Origin: Myxococcota bacterium | GTDB lineage: Bacteria > Myxococcota_A > Polyangia > Nannocystales > Nannocystaceae | NCBI GenBank assembly: GCA_039028615.1 | Contig: JBCCHT010000021.1 | Location: 64,001 to 128,000, forward strand | Reading direction: 5' to 3' | DNA length: 64,000 nt | Part shown: in pieces, positions 57,503 to 64,000 of the stretch | Numbering within the stretch: the first letter of the stretch is position 1 | Layout of the letters: every line of letters starts with the position of its first letter | Notes under the pieces: generated by a model | Seen by the model: the letters and a program-made list of their open reading frames with translations, nothing else | What the model was told of the DNA's origin: nothing | Database searches by the model: none | Translations under genes and position numbers: made by a program

Positions 57503-60475
57503 TTAGTCGACGTGGGTCTCGAGCCATGCCTCGACGGTGGCCTGCTCGGACGCATCTTCGACCAGCTCGAGAGCGCGGGAGGCGTGGCTCCTCGCGGTCG
57601 CATTCTCGCCCTTGGCCCATAGAATGCGGGCGAGCAGGAGCTCGAGAGCGGAATAGTCGTCGGTATTGGTCTTGGCCCGGCGAGCGATGGACTCGGCGGC
57701 GGCCGGGTCACCCAGCTTCAGGGTGCTCTCGGCCAGACCCCGGAGCGGATCCGCGAGGTGCGGGTGCTGGGACCCGAGGTGCTTTTCGAACTGCTCGACC
57801 GACTGCTGGTAGTGCACGTGAGCGCTGGACCAGTCGTCCTTCAGGCGATACGCGCGGGCGAGGCTCAGGCGCAGGTAGGGGGCGAGTCGGTCGAGCGTCT
57901 CGTCGGGTGAGCTTGCGATGATCGCGAGCCCCTCGTTGGCACGAGCGATGGCCTCGTCGGGGAGCTTCCGGTTGTTGGCCAGCCGCGCGAGGTTGCGGAT
58001 GATCTGAACCACCAGGGGGCCGTCCGGGTCGTCCTCACGCGCCAACGTGAGGGCGATTTCGTAGTTGTGGGCCGCTTCGTCGTGGCGCCCCAGCTCTCCG
58101 TAGGCGACGGCGAGCGTCTGCCGCAGGGAGGAGCGGTCCCGCGGAGCGGCGTCGCCCGAGTGATCGATAGCCATACGAATCTCCTCGACGGCCTCATCGT
58201 AGCGACCGAGCTGAAGCAGCGTACTTGCGATGTTGTTGCGCACCCGCAGCACTTGCAGGTGACTGGGCGGCAAAGTGACCTCTTGGATGGCCGCCGACCG
58301 CCGCAGCAGGTCGAGCGCCGCTTCGTAGTCCCCGCGGTGGATCTGCGTGCCGCCGTAGTTGTTCAGCTCGTTGGCGACGCTGGGGTGCTCGAGCCCGTAG
58401 ATCGTCTCGGTGAGGTGCAGGGCATTGTCGTGGTGCCCGAGGGCCTCGTCGAACTTGCCCTGCATGGTCAGCGTCACCGCGAGAGCGGAGGCGGCCAACC
58501 GCTGCGTCTCGTGGGCTTCGTCGCCGCGCATCCCCTTGGCGTGTTCCATGGCCGCCTCGAAGGCCCGCAGCGCATCGTCCAGGCGCCCCGAGGCGCGCAG
58601 CATCAAGCCTTCGTCGAGGTCGCGGCGGAACACGAGCTGCGGCTGTGCGCCGAGGCGAGGCAGCAGCGCGTCGACGAGTCGAAGGGAGCGCTCACCGAGG
58701 TCGGCGTGACGAAGCTGATAGCCCTCGGTGTAGACCAGCCGCAGCGTGGACATCAGGACGGTGTGCTCGTCGCCTCCGCGCAGCGCCGCCGTCTGTGCGT
58801 CGAGGTAGGCCTCGGCCGCTCGTTCGTGTCGCTCGAGCTTGTTCATCGCATCGCCGATCGCCAACGATGCCCGCCCGGTTGCCGTCGAGTACCCCAGAGA
58901 CTCGGCGTCGGCGAGCGCCGCTTCGGCCCGGTGAAGCGAGGCCTCGTAGCGGCCGAGGTTGAGCTCGCTCCGGCTCCGCGCGAGCACTTGCGACAGGGCC
59001 GACACCGCGTCGCGATCCGCTTCGTCGATGGGCTCGACGCGTCGCAGAGACTCGAGGTCGGCACATGGGGCGAGCGACGACAGCGACAGCGAGGCCCGGT
59101 CGGCCCGCGCCGCGACCTCGGGATCGGCGTGCTCCAATACTTCCACGAGCGAGGCCAGCTCACCCCGTCGCTCGTCGAGGCATGTCATACGCAGATCGAA
59201 GGCCTCCTCGGATTGAACGTGCCGCTCGTGCGTCGCGGCGCACGCCTCCTGGTAGGCCTGCCCCCAGTTGGTCGCGTAGCCGTCGAGACGACCGCGAACC
59301 CGCGCGGCGGCGGCCTCTCCGATCGGGCCGCCGCGTTCGCTCAGCGCACGCTCGACGTCGTCGCCCCGTGCGTCGCTCCACACCGCGGTCAGTCGGGGCT
59401 CTGGGTCGCAGGGGTCGCTCTCCAGCCGGGTCGTCAGCCAACCCGCGGTGCCGACCATGGCCGCCAGGGCCACGGCGACCAACCCGACCTCGAGCCGCGG
59501 CGTGATCGTGGCCTGCAGCTCGTCGAGCAGCGCGTCCATCGACGCGAAGCGCTCGGCCGGGTCGGTGGACAAGCCTCGCTCGAGGGCTCGCTGGAGTCGC
59601 CGCGGGACCTTTCGCTTGCTGCGCGGGGCCTCGTCGGCCTCGTTGTCGTCGCGCGGTTGATCTTTGCCTGGGCGTCGACCGTGGAGCCCTTCGTACAGGC
59701 TCACACAGAACGCGTACTGATCGACCCGAGCGTCGAGCTCCCGCTTTCGCTCGACCTGCTCGGGGGCCATGTAGGCCCGCGTGCCGAGCACCATGCCCGT
59801 GGTCGTGAGCGAAGCCGTGGAGGCGCCGTCGGTGCGCTCTTCCGAAGTGTCGGGCTCGTCCTGCGTGATCGTGTCGTCGTCGAGCACGCGCGCCAGCCCG
59901 AAGTCGGCGACGCGCGGCCGCCCTTCACCGTCGACGAGCACGTTGTCCGGCTTGAAGTCGCGGTGGACCAGGCCCGCGTGATGAGCCGCGGCCAGGCCGC
60001 GGCCGGCGTCGACGAACATCCGCGTAATTTCGGCCCAGGACCGTTCGCTGGCGCCGATCCACGAGCGCAGGGTGGTGCCTTCGACCAACTCCATCGCAAT
60101 GAACAGAACGTACTGGCGGATACCCGTGGCTCGCTGGCGTACCTGGTGGCGGCCGATCTCATAGATGGTCAGGACGTTGGGGTGCGACAGCTTCGCCATC
60201 GCCTTGGCCTCGCGCACCAGTCGGGCGGAGGCAGAGTCGGAGGTACGACGCGTGTGCAGCTTGATCGCCACGGGGCGATCGAGCTCCAAGTCATGCGCTC
60301 GGTACACGACTCCCATCCCGCCGCTGCCGAGCATGCCCTCGACTCGATAGGACTCACTGACGACGTCGCCGGTTTCGAGGGTCGTCGGCGCGAGCGCGGG
60401 CTCGACGGGGGGCGCCGCGGCAAACCGGGCGAGCAGTCGCTCGTCGGAATCGTCCCCTTGGTGTGGCCGGCTCAT
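57503..60475 (-). CDS. membrane Ser/Thr protein kinase with TPR repeats
   Basis: LGSGGMGVVY, VAIK, HRDFKPDNV, DFGLAR, GTRAYMAPE; TM segment; TPRs. Confidence 0.95.
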   Translation of the reverse strand: MSRPHQGDDSDERLLARFAAAPPVEPALAPTTLETGDVVSESYRVEGMLGSGGMGVVYRAHDLELDRPVAIKLHTRRTSDSASARLVREAKAMAKLSHPNVLTIYEIGRHQVRQRATGIRQYVLFIAMELVEGTTLRSWIGASERSWAEITRMFVDAGRGLAAAHHAGLVHRDFKPDNVLVDGEGRPRVADFGLARVLDDDTITQDEPDTSEERTDGASTASLTTTGMVLGTRAYMAPEQVERKRELDARVDQYAFCVSLYEGLHGRRPGKDQPRDDNEADEAPRSKRKVPRRLQRALERGLSTDPAERFASMDALLDELQATITPRLEVGLVAVALAAMVGTAGWLTTRLESDPCDPEPRLTAVWSDARGDDVERALSERGGPIGEAAAARVRGRLDGYATNWGQAYQEACAATHERHVQSEEAFDLRMTCLDERRGELASLVEVLEHADPEVAARADRASLSLSSLAPCADLESLRRVEPIDEADRDAVSALSQVLARSRSELNLGRYEASLHRAEAALADAESLGYSTATGRASLAIGDAMNKLERHERAAEAYLDAQTAALRGGDEHTVLMSTLRLVYTEGYQLRHADLGERSLRLVDALLPRLGAQPQLVFRRDLDEGLMLRASGRLDDALRAFEAAMEHAKGMRGDEAHETQRLAASALAVTLTMQGKFDEALGHHDNALHLTETIYGLEHPSVANELNNYGGTQIHRGDYEAALDLLRRSAAIQEVTLPPSHLQVLRVRNNIASTLLQLGRYDEAVEEIRMAIDHSGDAAPRDRSSLRQTLAVAYGELGRHDEAAHNYEIALTLAREDDPDGPLVVQIIRNLARLANNRKLPDEAIARANEGLAIIASSPDETLDRLAPYLRLSLARAYRLKDDWSSAHVHYQQSVEQFEKHLGSQHPHLADPLRGLAESTLKLGDPAAAESIARRAKTNTDDYSALELLLARILWAKGENATARSHASRALELVEDASEQATVEAWLETHVD

Positions 60476-60498
60476 GATGACGACGCTACCCTCGGGAC

Positions 60499-61125
60499 AT
60501 GACGTCGGACGAGCGCACGGACGTGGAGAAGGCGGTGCGCGAACACGCCCAGGCGGGCCGGTACGACCTGGCCATCACCGCCGCGTTGGAGCAGTACGGC
60601 TCCGAGGTGCTGGGATACCTGCATGCGGTGCAGGCGAGTCCGGCCGATGCGGACGAGACGTTCTCCGAGGTCTGCGAGCGGATGTGGCGGGCGCTGCCGG
60701 CCTTCGAGTGGAAGTGCTCGTTCCGCACCTGGATGTATGTGATCGCTCGCAACGTCGCGCGCAACCGTATTCGTTCGCGCACCCGCAACCGAGCCCGGGA
60801 GGTTCCTCTGTCCGACGTGTCGGAGGTGGCACGCCTGGCCCAGAAAATCCGCACCGAGACGGCGGCCCACCTCAAGACGGAGTCTCGCAATCGCCTGCGA
60901 GAGGTCCGCGACTCGCTCGAGCCCGACGACCGCACCCTGCTCGTGCTGCGAATCGACCGCAAGCTGCCGTGGTCCGAGATCGCCATGGTCCTCGCCGACG
61001 ACGAGACGCTCGCCGGAGCGCAGCTTTCGTCCGTGGCTGCCCGGCTCCGCAAGCGATTCGAGCGCTTGAAGGCCAAGGTCATCTCGGAGCTTCGTGAGCC
61101 ACAATCTCCGGGCATGACGAGGTAG
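60499..61125 (+). CDS. ECF RNA polymerase sigma factor
   Basis: DADETFSE..FEWKCSFRTWMYVIARN; LEPDDRTLLVLRIDRKLPWSEIA..ARLRKRFERLK. Confidence 0.93.
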   Translation: MTSDERTDVEKAVREHAQAGRYDLAITAALEQYGSEVLGYLHAVQASPADADETFSEVCERMWRALPAFEWKCSFRTWMYVIARNVARNRIRSRTRNRAREVPLSDVSEVARLAQKIRTETAAHLKTESRNRLREVRDSLEPDDRTLLVLRIDRKLPWSEIAMVLADDETLAGAQLSSVAARLRKRFERLKAKVISELREPQSPGMTR

Positions 61126-61148
61126 ACCCCGCTCGACGAGGTTGTGAC
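61124..61148 (-). promoter_or_regulatory. putative ECF promoter GTCACAAC-N12-GGTCT, antisense to the sigma gene
   Basis: + strand agacc-ccgctcgacgag-gttgtgac overlaps the sigma stop codon and points into the sigma gene. Confidence 0.6.
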
Positions 61149-61332
61149 ATACGAAATTTCAGGGCCTTTGTTCCAACTCCCTGAGCACCGCCTGTTGGGG
61201 CTGCGTAGTTGCCGCAGTCTGGGGAGGACGCTGGCCGAGGGCTGCGGCGTCGGCCTCGAGTCGTGCGAGAGCTTTGGTGATTGATCCGCCCGGCCTGCCG
61301 CCGCGGTGAGGCGGCAGGCGAACATCGAACCG

Positions 61333-62073
61333 CTAGAGGACGGCGGTGTCGAGGATTTCCATGTTGAACAGGGTCTGGATGTTGTGGTTGCACAGGCCGC
61401 CCGCGCCCGCGACCGAACCCGTGCTGTGGACGCACAGGTCTTGCTTGTAGTTGACCAAGGAGCGGCTGACCCTGCGATACACGGTGCCGCTCTGCCCGTA
61501 CCAGTCGCCCCAGTTCCATCCCGCCGCATCGCCGATGCCAGTGATGTTGCCGCACGACATGACCCCGAGGTTGTTCATCTTGAGGTAGGTGTCGGTAAAC
61601 TCGCCGTCGACCAGCTCGAACTGCATCTCGTCGTCTCCATCCCCGTCGAGGTCGACCAGGTGGACCCGCCACAGACGCCCATCGGTGTTGCTCGGAGCCT
61701 TGTTGGCCTGGATGGCGCCGCTGTCGTCGCATCCCAGGTAGCCCTGACCCAGGCTGCGAAGCATCACGACGTCGCCATCGACGAGCGTGTCGGTCTGCAG
61801 CACGCTACGCCCCGAGTAGGTCGCGATCGATGCTGCACTCGGGTCGTCTGCACTCGCGAGGACCTGCACGGTCTGGTGGTCCCGCGCGGTGCCGGTTGCG
61901 TCTTCGTCTTCGGCATCGATGGCGTCCTTCAGCTCGATGTCGAGGTCTTCCGCGGTGAGCTCCGCGGTGCCTGCGTCGAGTTCGGAGCCCTGGTCGCAGC
62001 CGGCTACTGTCGCCATACCGGCCACGAGGAGCGCGAGGGAGCATCGGAGGGAGGAGTGGGACTGCGTCTGCAT
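61333..62073 (-). CDS. lipoprotein with possible fascin-like beta-trefoil
   Basis: TVAGC lipobox; GDVVMLRSLGQGYLGCD..IQAN..LWRVH. Confidence 0.72.
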   Translation of the reverse strand: MQTQSHSSLRCSLALLVAGMATVAGCDQGSELDAGTAELTAEDLDIELKDAIDAEDEDATGTARDHQTVQVLASADDPSAASIATYSGRSVLQTDTLVDGDVVMLRSLGQGYLGCDDSGAIQANKAPSNTDGRLWRVHLVDLDGDGDDEMQFELVDGEFTDTYLKMNNLGVMSCGNITGIGDAAGWNWGDWYGQSGTVYRRVSRSLVNYKQDLCVHSTGSVAGAGGLCNHNIQTLFNMEILDTAVL

Positions 62074-62196
62074 CGACCAGGCAGTACCCACCGCCAGGGC
62101 GTCCATTCGCACGGGCTCGACGTTGTCTGGATTTTTTCGTGGGCGAACCGGAGGCGCAATCACGCGCAATGGGCCTACGGTTTTCCCCTCGATGGC

Positions 62197-63018
62197 TCAC
62201 GAAAGCGGAGAGGAGCCAGGCAGCGCCAGCTCGGCGCGGAGCCATGGCTGCCAGTCTTCGGGGACGGCCGGTTGGGTCGCGAGGTAGGCGCGCGACGTGG
62301 GCCGGTCGTCGAAGGTGGACATGAGCCACAGGCGAAAGGCATCGGCGTAGCCCATGTCGTCGTCGTAGCTGTCTTCGAACGACGAGTGCGGTACGTCGAG
62401 CGCCCACGGTGCTGGCGGCCAGCCGACGGCGAGGAACTGCGCCATGGCGTCGAGTCCTGCGTCGAGCGACGGGGAGGGAGCGCCTCCGTTCGCGACGAGC
62501 TCGGCGAACTTTGCCCACGGGGCCGGGATGCCGCTGGTCGGAGGAGAGGGCGGGTTGGCGCGTTGCCGTGCTCGGCTGAAGAACGCGAGCTCGCGGGTCC
62601 AGTATCGCATCGCCTCGGTCGGCGTCTCGACCCATGTCCATGGCCAGCGCGGCTCGGTCTGTTGGGCGAGGTAGGTGGTCAGCGCCGCATCGGCTGCGAT
62701 GAGACCTTCCTGTTCGAGTCGATCGAGGGTGGACTGTGGGATGCGGCCGTCGTCGTCCCCGTCTTCACCGAGGACCTTCAGCACCCAGTTCGCCCACGTG
62801 TGGGGGGCAGGCGGGTGTCGCCGCAGGTAGCGACGCCGTGCCTCCGCAGCGGGGCCGAGCTGCTCGAGGAACAAGGACACGTATCCGAGCCAGTCCTCGC
62901 CGCTGCCCATGCGCCAGCCGAGGGTGTAGCGCTCGAAGGTCGGGTACTTCGCCCACGGCGGCGTGATGTCACCGTGCTCGTCACGCTTGTCGTCGATGTG
63001 GTCCTCGTACCAGCCCAT
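62197..63018 (-). CDS. hypothetical protein with PPW..GWRMGxGE motif (seen in NADAR-associated proteins)
   Basis: PPWAKYPTFERYTLGWRMGSGEDW..RYLRRHPPAPHTW. Confidence 0.7.
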   Translation of the reverse strand: MGWYEDHIDDKRDEHGDITPPWAKYPTFERYTLGWRMGSGEDWLGYVSLFLEQLGPAAEARRRYLRRHPPAPHTWANWVLKVLGEDGDDDGRIPQSTLDRLEQEGLIAADAALTTYLAQQTEPRWPWTWVETPTEAMRYWTRELAFFSRARQRANPPSPPTSGIPAPWAKFAELVANGGAPSPSLDAGLDAMAQFLAVGWPPAPWALDVPHSSFEDSYDDDMGYADAFRLWLMSTFDDRPTSRAYLATQPAVPEDWQPWLRAELALPGSSPLS

Positions 63019-63081
63019 ACCGCAGGCGTAACCCGCCCGCGATGCACCGCGCAATCGGTCGGGCGTACCGACCCGGGTCTC

Positions 63082-64000
63082 TCACGGGGCGCCGAGGAGG
63101 CGCGAGACCCCGGAGAGCTCGGGCGGGATCGCGATTCCGTGGTGCTCGAACACGGTGGGGACGGTGTCCAGGTTGCGGGTCGCCCCCGGCAGCGGCTCGG
63201 GCAGCATGTCGCCTCCCGAGGGCAGAGAGCCCGGGTTGACCGAGCGCCCGACGACCACGAAGGGAATCGAGAGCCGGTCGATGTCCTGCGGCCCGTGGCC
63301 GTTGTTCAGCCCGCCGTGGTCGGAGGTGATGATGATGAGCCAGCTCTCCTCGTCGAAGGTAGGACGCTCCCGAATGGCCGTGAACACGCGGCCGAGCTGC
63401 TCGTCCACGACCGCCACCGAGTCGAAGTAGGCCTCCGTGCTCCAGCCCGACCCGTGGCCGACGGCATCGATCTCGTCGAAGAACAGGAACAATGCGTCGG
63501 GGTCGGTGCCCAGGGTCCAGCTCGTGCCCATGTTGTGATCGTCGCCGGACTCGTCCGTCTCGCGGTGATCTTCGTAGGTCTGGGCCACGATGGCGGCCAT
63601 GTTGTCGGCGTTGCCATCGTCGGTGAAGTCGAGCTTGTAGTCGGGGAACGCGTCGATCTCCCGGTCCCGGGGATAGGTGAACAGCTTGGCCGTGTTGTAG
63701 CTCGGGTCGATCGCCTCCATCACCGTCAGGTAGTGGGGGAAGTTCTCGAGGTCTCCGTTGGGATAGTCTTGGTTGCCCTCGACGCCGGACTGAGTCGCGG
63801 TAGCTCCGGTCATGATCGCGTGGTGATTGGGTGCCGAGTCGGTGACCGCATCGGTCAAGCACCACGCGTCCCATGCGGCAGCGCCCTGGTAGCCGGGAGC
63901 CCAGGTGCCGCCGAGCAGCGCGTCGATGTTGGGCGTGTTCGACATCGGGATTCCGTCGCCGCGAAGGCCATCGAGCGCGATCACGAGGCTCTTGGGCACC
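63082..64000 (-). CDS. alkaline phosphatase superfamily (NPP-like) protein, probably 5'-truncated by the window edge
   Basis: LVIALDGLR, DSAPNHHAIMTG, EIDAVGHGSG, IIITSDHGG, DTVPTV. Confidence 0.9.
   Translation of the reverse strand, partial: VPKSLVIALDGLRGDGIPMSNTPNIDALLGGTWAPGYQGAAAWDAWCLTDAVTDSAPNHHAIMTGATATQSGVEGNQDYPNGDLENFPHYLTVMEAIDPSYNTAKLFTYPRDREIDAFPDYKLDFTDDGNADNMAAIVAQTYEDHRETDESGDDHNMGTSWTLGTDPDALFLFFDEIDAVGHGSGWSTEAYFDSVAVVDEQLGRVFTAIRERPTFDEESWLIIITSDHGGLNNGHGPQDIDRLSIPFVVVGRSVNPGSLPSGGDMLPEPLPGATRNLDTVPTVFEHHGIAIPPELSGVSRLLGAP

Noticed and set aside
58067..60502. 811-aa plus-strand ORF, and similar long ORFs at 879-2726, 19522-21471, 25317-27395, 30014-31588
   Set aside because: Antisense shadows of well-supported genes, expected in high-GC DNA; no motifs.

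Overview
High-GC bacterial DNA, most likely a myxobacterium of the Nannocystaceae type (inferred from gene content: many Cys-rich acidic lipoproteins, TPR Ser/Thr kinase + ECF sigma pairs, TIGR02996, myxobacterial Cys-rich repeats). No rRNA, tRNA, CRISPR or intact mobile element was seen. The window is an accessory secretome region of about 50 CDSs: five HExxH metalloproteases, beta-propeller, beta-helix and lectin proteins, a VIT-vWA protein, a K+-channel-like protein, a GST-sulfotransferase pair, a CE4 deacetylase and two LysR regulators. The best candidate for an undescribed system is at 54.9-61.2 kb. It is a translationally coupled SdpA-like (DUF5819) / SdpB-like (HTTM, gamma-carboxylase-related) operon whose third gene is an acidic lipoprotein rather than an SdpC toxin. 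The operon lies beside a membrane kinase/ECF sigma pair, and the same promoter-like motif GTCACAAC-N12-GGTCT occurs both upstream of the operon and antisense at the 3' end of the sigma gene. A second kinase/ECF pair (19.6-23.0 kb) is flanked by two outward-facing copies of its own motif, GTGATCGAT-N12-CCCTCTTGT. All family calls come from motif recognition by eye, not database searches. Many start codons were moved from the ORF track to fit signal peptides or RBSs.
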